DNA from: Candidatus Poriferihabitaceae bacterium | GTDB lineage: Bacteria > Pseudomonadota > Gammaproteobacteria > Arenicellales > Poriferihabitantaceae | NCBI GenBank assembly: GCA_965226545.1 | Contig: OZ245364.1 | Location: 1,835,890 to 1,899,889, forward strand | Reading direction: 5' to 3' | Length of the DNA stretch: 64,000 nt | Shown: positions 7,897-17,744 of the stretch, one piece after another | Numbering within the stretch: the first letter of the stretch is position 1 | How the letters are laid out: each line of letters starts with the position of its first letter | Notes under the pieces: model-generated | Databases searched by the model: none | Told to the model about the DNA's origin: nothing | What the model saw: only the letters and a program-made list of their open reading frames with translations | Position numbers and translations under genes: made by a program

Positions 7897-8709
7897 ATGA
7901 ACGCACAAACGGGTTTTTTAGTCGGCAAACGCGCGTTGATTTCGGGCGTGGCCAGCAATCGTTCGATTGCCTGGGGCATCGCCCAAGCGATGCGCGCGCA
8001 AGGCGCGGAAATTGCGCTGACCTATCCCAATGAAAAAATGAAGCCGCGCGTGCAAAAACTCGGCGATGAACTCGGCGCGCAATTTGTGCTGCCCTGCGAT
8101 GTCGCCGCCGATTCGCAAATCAGCGAATTGTTTGTCGGCTTAAAACAACATTGGGATTCGCTCGATGTGTTGGTGCATTCCATCGCCTTCGCCCCGCGCG
8201 AACAATTGGAGGGATTGTATTTGGATGCGGTCACGCGCGAAGGGTTTGCAGCCGCGCACGACATCAGCGCATACAGTTTTGCGGCGATGGGCGCGCAAGC
8301 CAAATCGATGATGAAACCCGGCGGCGCAATGTTGACGCTCACCTACATCGGCTCGGTGCGTTCGATGCCCGGCTACAATGTCATGGGCGTCGCCAAAGCC
8401 AGTTTGGAAGCCAATGTTCGTTATATGGCGCAATCGCTCGGCGCACTCGGCGTGCGCGTCAATGCAATTTCCGCCGGGCCGATTCGCACGTTGGCCGCCT
8501 CCGGCATCGCCAACTTCAAAAAAATGCTCGCCCATTTCGAAAAAGTCGCGCCGCTTGGCCGAGCGGTCACCATCGACGAAGTCGGCAACACCGCCGCGTT
8601 TTTATGTTCGGATTTGGCGTCGGGGATTACCGGCGAAATCACTTATGTCGACGCCGGCTTTAACACGGTTGGGTTAAGTGAACATTTAATCGCCGGCGAC
8701 GGCGATTGA
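7897..8709 (+). CDS. fabI: Enoyl-ACP reductase (NADH) FabI
   Basis: From the ATG at 7897: [32 protein letters not shown]..., an SDR-type FabI. The upstream part of ORF 7681.. only reads through the repeat. Confidence 0.9.
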   Translation: MNAQTGFLVGKRALISGVASNRSIAWGIAQAMRAQGAEIALTYPNEKMKPRVQKLGDELGAQFVLPCDVAADSQISELFVGLKQHWDSLDVLVHSIAFAPREQLEGLYLDAVTREGFAAAHDISAYSFAAMGAQAKSMMKPGGAMLTLTYIGSVRSMPGYNVMGVAKASLEANVRYMAQSLGALGVRVNAISAGPIRTLAASGIANFKKMLAHFEKVAPLGRAVTIDEVGNTAAFLCSDLASGITGEITYVDAGFNTVGLSEHLIAGDGD

Positions 8710-8963
8710 TTCGCGGATGCGGTGATGCATCGCTGCCGGACACTTACGTTCGAGTTCAAAGTTACAGATTGGAAGTTACCAATTGCAAGCCGCAAGTTAC
8801 AAATCGGAAGTTACAAATTAACGGTTAACAACGGAATAAAAAAACAACCCGGCGCAATGCGCCCTCCCCGTCGTCAAGCCGAGTCATCCCAAACCAATAA
8901 ACCAACCGCAACCTCGGCGCCATCGATAAGAATCGATAAGCGTCAATAAACGCCAAAAAAAAA

Positions 8964-9040
8964 TGGCGTCCCCAAGGGGATTCGAACCCCTGTTGCCGCC
9001 GTGAAAGGGCGGTGTCCTAGGCCGACTAGACGATGGGGAC
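8964..9040 (-). tRNA. tRNA-Glu (UUC)
   Basis: Reverse complement GTCCCCATCGTCTAGTCGGCCTAGGACACCGCCCTTTCACGGCGGCAACAGGGGTTCGAATCCCCTTGGGGACGCCA. It forms a cloverleaf and closely resembles the E. coli tRNA-Glu sequence as I recall it. Confidence 0.9.
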
Positions 9041-9056
9041 TTAGGCGTTGCACAAA

Positions 9057-9132
9057 TGGTGGAGCCAGGCGGGATCGAACCGCCGACCTCAACACTGCCA
9101 GTGTTGCGCTCTCCCAGCTGAGCTATGGCCCC
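9057..9132 (-). tRNA. tRNA-Ala (GGC)
   Basis: Reverse complement GGGGCCATAGCTCAGCTGGGAGAGCGCAACACTGGCAGTGTTGAGGTCGGCGGTTCGATCCCGCCTGGCTCCACCA. The anticodon loop CTGGCAG gives GGC. Confidence 0.9.
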
Positions 9133-9246
9133 GATGGGTTCCAACGGGCGCGGATTGTCGCCGATTGATGCGCGCTTGTCAATCGCGCCGGTTTATTAAA
9201 TACGACATTAACATACGGCATTAACGTACGACATTAATGCACGACA

Positions 9247-10659
9247 CTAACTTGCGGCGTCGAGTTTTGCGACGGCGGTTTGGATGCGCGCGCAACAGCG
9301 GTCTTGCCCGACCAACTGCAGCGTTGCATCAATCGCCGGCGTGTGTGCGCGTCCGGCGACGGCGACGCGCAACGGCGGGGCGACTTGTCCGAGTTTGAGC
9401 GCATGCGTTTTGCATACGCGCGCAACGGCTTGATGAATTTCGTTTTGATTCCATTCGGTCACTGCGCGCAATTCATCATGCGCGGTTTGCAATGATGCGC
9501 GCGCTGCGGCGTTGAGATGTTTGCGCACGGCGGCCTCGTCGTATTCCACTTCATCGGCAAAACAAAACGCCGCTTGCGCCGCCATCGCGCCGATGGTTTG
9601 TACGCGCGTGCGAAACAGTTCGACGACGTCGACCAGCGGCGGGCCGTTATCGGGCGACAACGACAACTTGCGCAACTGTTCATCGAGCAATGGCGTCAAT
9701 TCCGTCACGGCGCATTCGCGCAGATGTTGTTCGTTGACCCACAACAATTTGGCAAGGTCAAAACTCGCCGCCGATTTGTTGACATCGGCGATATCGAACG
9801 CCGCAATCAATTCATCGCGGCTGAAAATTTCGCGGTCGCCGCACGCCCAACCAAGCCGCGCAAGATAATTTAACAACGCCTGCGGCAACACGCCCATCTC
9901 GCGATAGTCGAGCACGCTGACCGCGCCGTGCCGTTTGGATAACCGTTGCCCGTCTTCGCCGAGAATCAGCGGGATGTGCGCGAAGGTCGGCAAGGCGGCT
10001 TGCAATGCATTGAAGATGTGGATTTGGCGCGGGGTGTTGTTTAAGTGGTCGTCGCCGCGGATGACATGGGTGATGCCCATATCGATGTCGTCGACCACCG
10101 CGCACAAGTTATAGGTCGGCGAGCCGTCGGCGCGGGCGATGATTAAATCATCCAGTTGGTCGTTGTCGACCGCGACCCGTCCGCGCACGATGTCGTCAAA
10201 CACCACATTGGAATCGCGCGGCGTACAAAATCGCACCACCGCCGATTCACCGTCGGCGGCGCGACGCGGTTGCGCGCGGCAATGACCGTCGTAACGCGGC
10301 TTTTGTCCGCGCGCGCGTTGCTGTTCGCGCAAGGCATCGAGGCGCGCCGGCGTGCAAAAACAATGATAGGCAAAACCGCCGTCCAATAATTGCGCGATGA
10401 CTTGCGCATACCGCGCGCTGCGTTCGGTTTGATAAAACGGCCCGCGTTGCCAATCCAACCCAAGCCATTGCAATGCATCGAGAATAACCGCCACCGCCGC
10501 ATCAGTCGAACGCGCGCGGTCGGTGTCTTCGATGCGCAACACCATCTCGCCGCCGGTTTTTTTGGCGTGCAACCAATTGAACAACGCGGTGCGCGCGCCG
10601 CCGACATGTAAAAACCCGGTCGGGCTGGGCGGAAAACGGGTGACGCTTGATGAAGACAC
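9247..10659 (-). CDS. gltX: Glutamate--tRNA ligase
   Basis: ...VTRFPPSPTGFLHVGGARTALFNWL... (HIGH region) and LSKRHG (KMSKS-like). Start placed at the GTG at 10659. The ORF-track extension to 10836 runs through a repeat and tRNA-Pro. Confidence 0.85.
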   Translation of the reverse strand: MSSSSVTRFPPSPTGFLHVGGARTALFNWLHAKKTGGEMVLRIEDTDRARSTDAAVAVILDALQWLGLDWQRGPFYQTERSARYAQVIAQLLDGGFAYHCFCTPARLDALREQQRARGQKPRYDGHCRAQPRRAADGESAVVRFCTPRDSNVVFDDIVRGRVAVDNDQLDDLIIARADGSPTYNLCAVVDDIDMGITHVIRGDDHLNNTPRQIHIFNALQAALPTFAHIPLILGEDGQRLSKRHGAVSVLDYREMGVLPQALLNYLARLGWACGDREIFSRDELIAAFDIADVNKSAASFDLAKLLWVNEQHLRECAVTELTPLLDEQLRKLSLSPDNGPPLVDVVELFRTRVQTIGAMAAQAAFCFADEVEYDEAAVRKHLNAAARASLQTAHDELRAVTEWNQNEIHQAVARVCKTHALKLGQVAPPLRVAVAGRAHTPAIDATLQLVGQDRCCARIQTAVAKLDAAS

Positions 10660-10689
10660 GGCGGGCAAGATGCGAGCGGGGGAATAAAA

Positions 10690-10790
10690 GTGTACGTGTA
10701 AGTAAAAGTGTAAGTAAAAGCGAAAGTAAAAGTACGAGTACGAGTACGAGTACGAGTGGAAGTACGAGTAAAAATAAAAACAAAAATAAA
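10690..10790. repeat. Short-period repeat spacer including (gtacga)x4 at 10732..10755
   Basis: gtaagtaaaagtgtaagtaaaagcgaaagtaaaagtacgagtacgagtacgagtacgagtggaagtacgagtaaaaataaaaacaaaaataaa. Confidence 0.9.
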
Positions 10791-10791
10791 A

Positions 10792-10868
10792 TGGTCGGGG
10801 TGAGAGGATTTGAACCTCCGACCACCGCAACCCCATTGCGGTGCGCTACCAGACTGCGCTACACCCCG
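10792..10868 (-). tRNA. tRNA-Pro (GGG)
   Basis: Reverse complement CGGGGTGTAGCGCAGTCTGGTAGCGCACCGCAATGGGGTTGCGGTGGTCGGAGGTTCAAATCCTCTCACCCCGACCA. The anticodon loop ATGGGGT gives GGG. Confidence 0.9.
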
Positions 10869-11065
10869 AATGTAACTTTGTAAAACAATTTCACAAACAA
10901 CTGCACAAGTAATTTTGCAAAGTAACTATTACGAAGTAACTATTACGAAATCAATTCGTAAAGTAACTTCACAAAATAATTTCACAAGGTAACTTAACAA
11001 AACAACTTTACAAATTAACTGCGCCAACCCAACCACGCATTGCCAGTGCAACTTACAACTGCACG

Positions 11066-11431
11066 TTAAGATTTCAATATCGCACACACCTCACGCAATT
11101 CCTCGACCAATTGGCGGATGAATTCGCGTTCGGCATCGGCGGCGTCGGCTTCGCCGCGCGCGGCTTGCGCCAATTGCGCGCGCGCGCCGCTTATCGTAAA
11201 CCCTTCCGCATGCACCAACGTTTTAATCGTGCGAATCAACTGCACTTCGTGGCGTTGATAATACCGCCGATTGCCGCGCCGTTTAATCGGATTCAACTGC
11301 GGGAATTCCTGCTCCCAATAACGCAACACATGCGGCTTGACCGCACACAACCGGCTGACCTCGCCGATGGTGAAATAACGTTTCGACGGAATCGGCGGCA
11401 AATCAAACCCGCGCGGGTCAAGCATCGTCAT
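11066..11431 (-). CDS. MerR-family transcriptional regulator
   Basis: YFTIGEVSRLCAVKPHVLRYWEQEFPQLNPIKRRGNRRYY is a MerR-type HTH. It lies downstream of ihfA. Confidence 0.8.
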   Translation of the reverse strand: MTMLDPRGFDLPPIPSKRYFTIGEVSRLCAVKPHVLRYWEQEFPQLNPIKRRGNRRYYQRHEVQLIRTIKTLVHAEGFTISGARAQLAQAARGEADAADAEREFIRQLVEELREVCAILKS

Positions 11432-11600
11432 CGCCGGTGGTTGTCGATAGTATTATCGACAGTGGTGTCGACATTGTCATCGACAACATCGTCGACCGCT
11501 TTCGAAGTTACTTTCGAGATGGTTTTCGAAGTGACTTTCGACATTGCTTTTACCGTCGCCGCCGTCATCGACGCCGATGGTGTCACAGTAACATTTGCCA

Positions 11601-11921
11601 TCACCGTCGTCGCCCCAATCGCGCAACCAATGCCGGGGCATTTGCGCTGATGTCGGCGCGCAGGCGGCGGCTGGGGCGGAAGGTGACCACGCGGCGCGCG
11701 GAAATCTCGACAGATTCGCCGGTGCGCGGATTGCGTCCGGGGCGCGCCGCTTTGTCGCGCAACGCAAACACGCCGAAGCCGGACAACTTAATCGCCGCGC
11801 CTTGTTCGAGCGAGAGGCTGATTTGTTCGAAAAACAACTCGGCAAACTCGCCGGCTTCGCGTTTGTTCAACCCGATGTCGCCGAACAACTTCTCGCTCAA
11901 AGACGCTTTGGTGACGGTCAT
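11601..11921 (-). CDS. ihfA: Integration host factor alpha subunit
   Basis: MTVTKASLSEKLF...KLSGFGVFALRDKAARPGRNPRTGESVEISARRVVTFRPS, and it follows pheT. Confidence 0.9.
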   Translation of the reverse strand: MTVTKASLSEKLFGDIGLNKREAGEFAELFFEQISLSLEQGAAIKLSGFGVFALRDKAARPGRNPRTGESVEISARRVVTFRPSRRLRADISANAPALVARLGRRR

Positions 11922-12033
11922 TTGGATGGGTCGGCGGTTTATGGTTGGCGTTGGATGCGCTGCATTGTCGTCGTTATCATCATCGGCGTGATTGTCGCAT
12001 CGATAGTGTCGACATCAATCGACATCGTCGACA

Positions 12034-14511
12034 TCAACGCAACTTGGCGTCGAGTTGGGCGCGCAATGCGGCGACGATGCGTTCGACATCGGCGTCGACT
12101 TCGGCGGCGTTAAGATTGCGCGATTTGGCGCGGAAGGTCAAGCGGAACGCAAAACTTTTTTGCCGCGCGGACAGCGGCGCGCCGCTGTATACATCGAACA
12201 ACACAATCTTCGCCAACGTCTTGCCGCCCGATGCGCGAATGCAGGCGCGCGCCTGTTGCGCGCTGATTTTTTCATCGACGACAATCGCAACATCGCGCAA
12301 CGCCGGCGGATGCCGCGCAATATCGGCAAACATCGGCAACGCGGATTCGCCCAACACCGACAACGCCATCTCGAACGCCACCAACGGCGTCGGCAGGTCG
12401 GCGCGCTTTTGCACTTGCGGATGAATCTGCCCGATGTGTCCGACGCATTGCCCGCGCAATTCAATCCGCGCGCATCGACCCGGATGAAACGCGCGATGTT
12501 CATCGGCGCAAAACGAAAATTGTCCGGCGTCTTGGCTGCGATTAAGCAACGCGCAGACATCGCCCTTCAAATCATAAAAATCCACCGCGCGCGTCGATGC
12601 GCCCCACTGCAGCGGCAACGCCGCGCCGGCTGCGACCGCGCCGATGTGTGCGACTTCATTTTCGCCGCGCGCGCCCAAAAACACCCGCCCGCATTCAAAC
12701 AATCGCACGCGCTCGAAGCGGCGATTAAGATTGGTGCGCGCCGCACCCAACAAGCCCGGCAACAAACTGCGCCGCATCACCGCCATGTCGTCGGCGATTG
12801 GATTGCTCAAGGCGACGCCGCGTTCGCCGGTCAATGCCGATTGCAGATTGGCGTCGACAAAACTGTAGGTGATGATTTCAAAATAACCGCGCGCGATGAG
12901 TTCACGTTTGAGCGTATCGCGCGCGATGTGTTGTTCGCGGTGGGCGTGTGTGCGCGCGACGCTTTTTGGGCGGCGCGCTGCGATGCGGTCGAAGCCGATG
13001 ACGCGCCCGACCTCTTCGGTTAAATCATGCGCGCCGTGAATATCCGAACGCCACGACGGCGCGCGCACCCGCCAGCCGTCACGCACCGCGCGCACCTCCA
13101 TCCCCAATTGACTCAGCAATTTATGCACGCGCGCATCATCGACCTGCACGCCGAGGATGCGCGCGATTTCGCTTTTGCGAAAATGAATCGGCGCGCGTTT
13201 CGGCGACTGTTTATCGATGCGCGCATCGGTGAGTTTGCCGGGTGCGCCGCCGGCCAATTCGACCAACAATCGCGTTGCGCGCTGCATTGCATGCGGCGGC
13301 ATCAACGGGTCGGCGCCGCGTTCGAAGCGATGCGATGCATCGGTGTGCATGCCGTTTCGGCGCGCCTTGCCGAGCATTGCGGCTTGGGCAAAAAACGCCG
13401 CCTCCAAAAACACATCGCGGGTGTCGTCGCCAATCGCCGAATTCGCCCCGCCCATAATGCCGCCGAGCGCAACCGCGCGTTCGCGGTCGGCGATGACCAA
13501 ATCATCTTCATGCAGCCGCACTTCATTGCCGTCGAGCGTTGTGATGCGTTCGTTTTTGGCGGCGAGACGCACGACGATGCCGCCGCGCAGTTTTGCCAAA
13601 TCGAATGCATGCATCGGCTGCCCCAACTCGAGCATTACATAATTGGTGATGTCGACGACGATGTTGACGCAACGCACGCCGCCGCGCCGCAATCGTTCGA
13701 CCATCCAATCCGGCGTGCGCGCGCGCAAATCGACGCCGCACACCGCGCGCCCGATATAACGCGAACATGCCTGCGGTGCGCGCAATTCAATCGGCAGATG
13801 CACATTCGTGCGCGCGGCAACGACGGGCGCGGCGTAATCGTTTAATGCAAGTTTCGCGCGCGCGCCGGACAACGCCGCCGCCTCGCGCGCAATGCCGAGC
13901 ATGCCGAGGCAATCGCCGCGGTTCGGCGTCAATTGCAATTCGATGATGTCGTCATCCAATTGCAGATGCGCGCTCAACGATTTTCCCAACGGCGCGCGTT
14001 CATCCAACAACAACACGCCGTCGGCATCGTCGCCCAACCCCAATTCGGCGGCTGAACAAATCATTCCATTCGAAGCAACGCCGGCAATTTCGCGCGGTTG
14101 AATCTTGATGGGGGAATTGGACTGTGACTTTGTTTGTGACTTCGCTTGCGACTTTGATTGTGATTTTGTTTGTGACTTCTCTTGCGACTTCATCGACGCA
14201 TCGGTTGACGGCAACGTTGCGCCGGGCAATGCAACCGCGACCTTGATGCCGACGGCGACATTATCCGCGCCGCATACAATTTGATGTGCGCGTTGACCTC
14301 GATGCGCGCCGACCTTCACCGTGCATATCGACAACTTTGCGCGCGGATGTTTTTGTACCGCGGTGATTTGCCCGACGACGATGCGCGGCGACAACGGCGC
14401 AAGCCGTTGTATCGATTCGACTTCGAGACCGCCGAGGGTTAACTGCGCGGCCAATTTGCGCGCATCGAACGCGCCAATCCATTCGCGCAACCACGCGCAA
14501 CTGATTAACAT
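12034..14511 (-). CDS. pheT: Phenylalanine--tRNA ligase beta subunit
   Basis: 825 aa with the N-terminal tRNA-binding OB domain, B3/4, B5 and FDX-ACB regions recognisable. It follows pheS. Confidence 0.9.
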   Translation of the reverse strand: MLISCAWLREWIGAFDARKLAAQLTLGGLEVESIQRLAPLSPRIVVGQITAVQKHPRAKLSICTVKVGAHRGQRAHQIVCGADNVAVGIKVAVALPGATLPSTDASMKSQEKSQTKSQSKSQAKSQTKSQSNSPIKIQPREIAGVASNGMICSAAELGLGDDADGVLLLDERAPLGKSLSAHLQLDDDIIELQLTPNRGDCLGMLGIAREAAALSGARAKLALNDYAAPVVAARTNVHLPIELRAPQACSRYIGRAVCGVDLRARTPDWMVERLRRGGVRCVNIVVDITNYVMLELGQPMHAFDLAKLRGGIVVRLAAKNERITTLDGNEVRLHEDDLVIADRERAVALGGIMGGANSAIGDDTRDVFLEAAFFAQAAMLGKARRNGMHTDASHRFERGADPLMPPHAMQRATRLLVELAGGAPGKLTDARIDKQSPKRAPIHFRKSEIARILGVQVDDARVHKLLSQLGMEVRAVRDGWRVRAPSWRSDIHGAHDLTEEVGRVIGFDRIAARRPKSVARTHAHREQHIARDTLKRELIARGYFEIITYSFVDANLQSALTGERGVALSNPIADDMAVMRRSLLPGLLGAARTNLNRRFERVRLFECGRVFLGARGENEVAHIGAVAAGAALPLQWGASTRAVDFYDLKGDVCALLNRSQDAGQFSFCADEHRAFHPGRCARIELRGQCVGHIGQIHPQVQKRADLPTPLVAFEMALSVLGESALPMFADIARHPPALRDVAIVVDEKISAQQARACIRASGGKTLAKIVLFDVYSGAPLSARQKSFAFRLTFRAKSRNLNAAEVDADVERIVAALRAQLDAKLR
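14101..14200. repeat. In-frame 12-nt tandem repeat inside pheT, encoding (KSQx)n
   Basis: tgtgactttgtt tgtgacttcgct tgcgactttgat tgtgattttgtt tgtgacttctct tgcgacttc translates on the minus strand to KSQEKSQTKSQSKSQAKSQTKSQS. It is inserted between ...GATLPS and IKIQPREIAGVASNGMICS in the N-terminal OB-fold domain. Confidence 0.9.
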
Positions 14512-14536
14512 CTATCGAGGCCTCGACGGTTGCGCA

Positions 14537-15613
14537 TCAGAATGCGCCGAATTGTTTTAAGAACGCGATGTCGTTTTCGAAAAACAGCCGCAGGTCGTTT
14601 ACGCCGTAGCGCAACATCGCAAGCCGTTCGACGCCAAGCCCAAACGCATAGCCGCTGAATTGATTCGGGTTGACGCCGCCGTGCCGCAACACCGCCGGAT
14701 GCACCATTCCGCTGCCGAGCACTTCAATCCAACCGCTGTGTTTGCACACTCGACAACCGTCGCCGCCGCAAAACACGCAGGCGATGTCGACTTCTGCCGA
14801 CGGTTCAGTAAACGGAAAATACGACGGGCGAAATCGCACCTGCAAATCGGTTTCAAAAAATTCGCGCACGAAGTGAATCAACACGCCCTTCAAATCGCCG
14901 AAGTGCATGTCGCGGTCAATCGCCAGCCCTTCGAGTTGATGAAACATCGGCGTGTGCGTCACATCCGAATCGCAGCGATACACCCGCCCGGGCGCAATCA
15001 CCATCAACGGCGGCGCGTGGCTGCGCATGTAACGAATCTGCACCGGCGAAGTGTGCGTGCGCAACAATCGCCGGTCGCGCAGATAAAAAGTGTCGTGCAT
15101 CTCGCGCGCCGGATGGTCCGGCGGAAAGTTGAGCGCCTCGAAGTTGTGATGTTCATCCTCAATCTCCGGGCCGCTTGCAATGTCAAACCCCAATTGCGCA
15201 AAAATCGCCTGCATGCGCGCCAAGGTGCGGCTGACCGGATGAAGCGCGCCGTGCGATTGCGCGCGCCCCGGCAAGGTGACATCGATGCATTCATCGCGCA
15301 ATTGCGCGGCGGTGGTCGCCTCTTCGAGCGCGACGCGGCGTTCATCCAGCAGGCGTTGGATGTGTTGCTTAAGTTCATTCAATTCGCGCCCGCGCGCGCG
15401 GCGTTCATCGCCGCTTGCATCGCCGAGTTGTTTCAGTTGCACGGTGACTTCGCCCTTTTTGCCAAGCCATTGCACGCGCAATTGTTCGAGTTCGCCAATC
15501 GACGCGGCGCGCGCCACGGCGTCTGCGGCGTGCGTTGCCAATGCGGACGGTGTCGTGGGTGACGATGACGACGGCGACGACGCTTTCGTTGATGTTGAGT
15601 TGTCGATGGACAT
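14537..15613 (-). CDS. pheS: Phenylalanine--tRNA ligase alpha subunit
   Basis: ...HPARE(M)HDTFY...[16 protein letters not shown]...GSGMVHP...[12 protein letters not shown], class II aaRS motifs. Confidence 0.9.
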   Translation of the reverse strand: MSIDNSTSTKASSPSSSSPTTPSALATHAADAVARAASIGELEQLRVQWLGKKGEVTVQLKQLGDASGDERRARGRELNELKQHIQRLLDERRVALEEATTAAQLRDECIDVTLPGRAQSHGALHPVSRTLARMQAIFAQLGFDIASGPEIEDEHHNFEALNFPPDHPAREMHDTFYLRDRRLLRTHTSPVQIRYMRSHAPPLMVIAPGRVYRCDSDVTHTPMFHQLEGLAIDRDMHFGDLKGVLIHFVREFFETDLQVRFRPSYFPFTEPSAEVDIACVFCGGDGCRVCKHSGWIEVLGSGMVHPAVLRHGGVNPNQFSGYAFGLGVERLAMLRYGVNDLRLFFENDIAFLKQFGAF

Positions 15614-15618
15614 GCGGA

Positions 15619-16107
15619 TTAATCGGCGGTCGTTGGCGATGTCGGGAAACTGACCTTGCGCGGCGTGATGGTTTGTTGGATGACCACGGTGCCGGCGAGT
15701 TTGTCATGCCAACCTTGTTTGCGCCGGTCGAATGCAATCCAAAGATAGCCCAGCCCGACGGCGGACAGCGAGAGGAAATAGCCGAAATAACGACCAATGC
15801 ATTGCGCGGTGCTCGGCGGCAATCCACTTTCGGCGTCGACGATGCGCGCGGCAATGACCATCTTGCCGGGGGTGGCTTGACGATATTTCCAAAACAAAAT
15901 CACCGCGGCCGTCGACGCACTCCATGAACCGAACGCCGAAATCACCGCCGCCGCAACACCCGCGCCGGTCTCGCCATGCAAATAATGCAGGCTGTACGCC
16001 AAAATCAACGACGGCACGATGACCGCCATGCCCAACACCGAGTCGATAATGTACGCGCCGCAACGCGCCCAAAAGCCGGCGTAGTGATGAGATTCAGCGT
16101 CGGGCAT
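15619..16107 (-). CDS. RDD-family membrane protein (paralog 1)
   Basis: [17 protein letters not shown]...[14 protein letters not shown]...[20 protein letters not shown]. The stop is 5 nt upstream of the pheS start. Confidence 0.8.
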   Translation of the reverse strand: MPDAESHHYAGFWARCGAYIIDSVLGMAVIVPSLILAYSLHYLHGETGAGVAAAVISAFGSWSASTAAVILFWKYRQATPGKMVIAARIVDAESGLPPSTAQCIGRYFGYFLSLSAVGLGYLWIAFDRRKQGWHDKLAGTVVIQQTITPRKVSFPTSPTTAD

Positions 16108-16215
16108 TACAACGGCTTCGAGGCAAACGGAACGGGGCGTGAAGTAAAGTGAAGTAACGTAAACGTCGTAAACGTAACGTGCGTGAATTAACGGGAATCG
16201 GAATCGGCGCGCAAC

Positions 16216-16707
16216 TTAAGACGACTCGGGGAAACTGGCTTTGTCCGGCACGATGTGTTTTTTGATGACCACAGTGCCGGCGAGTTTGTCGTGCCAACCT
16301 TGTTTGCGCGAGTCGAATGCAATCCAAACAAAGCCGAGCATGCAAATAAACGCGGAAACAAAATAACCGAGATAGCGGCCGATGCATTGCATGGTGCTGG
16401 GCGCTTTGCCGGTTTCGGCGTCGACGATGCGCGCGCCGATAATCATCTTGCCGGGCGTCGCTTGGCGAAAGCGCCAAAACAAAATTATCACCGCCGCCGG
16501 CACCGCCCATGAAATCAAATCGTCGCCGATGCCGACCACGTCATAGACCATCCAATAATGCCGCTCGTACGTCCACACCAACAAGTACGGCCCATACAGC
16601 CACGTCAACACTGCGCTGACCAGCACTCCAATCAGTATCAAGTCGATAATGGACGCGCCGCAACGCACCCAAAAACCGGCGTATTCGAATTCTTCAGTAT
16701 CGAGCAT
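16216..16707 (-). CDS. RDD-family membrane protein (paralog 2)
   Basis: YAGFWVRCGASIIDLIL...ATPGKMIIGARIVD...[21 protein letters not shown] clear paralog of 15619..16107. Confidence 0.8.
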   Translation of the reverse strand: MLDTEEFEYAGFWVRCGASIIDLILIGVLVSAVLTWLYGPYLLVWTYERHYWMVYDVVGIGDDLISWAVPAAVIILFWRFRQATPGKMIIGARIVDAETGKAPSTMQCIGRYLGYFVSAFICMLGFVWIAFDSRKQGWHDKLAGTVVIKKHIVPDKASFPESS

Positions 16708-16859
16708 TGCAACGCTTGCACATTAAATAAGTCGACCAATGCGTCGATAAGTGCATCGACAAGTGCATCGAGTTAAGAGTCGAATTAAGGGTCGAGCCAC
16801 TTGTCGAATCAACGTGCGCGCAATCGTTCGCGTCATTAATAACGACAAGCCAACAACAC

Positions 16860-17219
16860 TCAACCGCTCAACGCCGCTTTGGCGCGTTCCGCCAACTGCG
16901 CGAATGCCGGTTTGTCGTTGACCGCCAACTCGGCGAGGATTTTGCGGTCGAGCGCGACGTCGGCTTTGGTTAAGCCGCTCAACATGCGGCTGTAATTCAA
17001 GCCGTGCGCGCGCGCCGCGGCGTTGATGCGCACAATCCACAGCGCGCGGAATTGCCGCTTGCGTTGGCGGCGGTCGCGATAGGCGTATTGCGCGGCGCGA
17101 TTGACCGCGGCTTGCGCCGAGCGAAAGGTGCGGCTACGCGCGCCGCGATAACCTTTGGCGCGCTTCAGGATTTTGTTGTGGCGCGCCTTGGCGACGACGC
17201 CGCGTTTAATGCGTGGCAT
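16860..17219 (-). CDS. rplT: 50S ribosomal protein L20
   Basis: [29 protein letters not shown]... Confidence 0.95.
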   Translation of the reverse strand: MPRIKRGVVAKARHNKILKRAKGYRGARSRTFRSAQAAVNRAAQYAYRDRRQRKRQFRALWIVRINAAARAHGLNYSRMLSGLTKADVALDRKILAELAVNDKPAFAQLAERAKAALSG

Positions 17220-17237
17220 GGGATTCTCCCGCGGGGG

Positions 17238-17435
17238 TTAACTGTAAGGCAGCAGTTTTTTAACCGCCGCACTGTCGGCTGCAGCGACCAATTGCCCGGA
17301 GCGCAGATGCCGCTTGCGCTTGGCTGATTTCTTGGTCAGGATGTGATTGAGATGCGACTGGGCGCGCTTGAACTTGCCGCCGGCGGTGCGCGAAAAACGC
17401 TTGGCCGCGCCGCGATTGGTTTTCAATTTTGGCAT
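17238..17435 (-). CDS. rpmI: 50S ribosomal protein L35
   Basis: [37 protein letters not shown]... Confidence 0.95.
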   Translation of the reverse strand: MPKLKTNRGAAKRFSRTAGGKFKRAQSHLNHILTKKSAKRKRHLRSGQLVAAADSAAVKKLLPYS

Positions 17436-17744
17436 TGCATATCTCCACTTAACACTGTGCGAATCAAAACAACATTACCGCTAAAAAGGCGACACCGTGC
17501 AATAACGCACACCGCGCAACCCGTGAATTAACGCTTCATCACTTCATACCGCTTGATGCAACTTCATACAACGCACAAATTCATACCACATAAAACTTCA
17601 TACAACTTCGCGGCGTCGATAATATCGACATCAAAATCGATATCGAAATTAAAATCGACATCGACATTAACATCGACAACACCATATCGCCGCGCCCGAC
17701 AAAATCAAGCGCGCAACATCGCCGCACACCGTTCACACCCAAAC

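Noticed and set aside
10660-10836. N-terminal extension of the gltX ORF (FYFCFYFYSYFHSYSYSY...)
   Set aside because: The extension reads through the gtacga repeat spacer and the tRNA-Pro gene. The conserved GltX N-terminus (TRFPPSPTG) begins just after the GTG at 10659.
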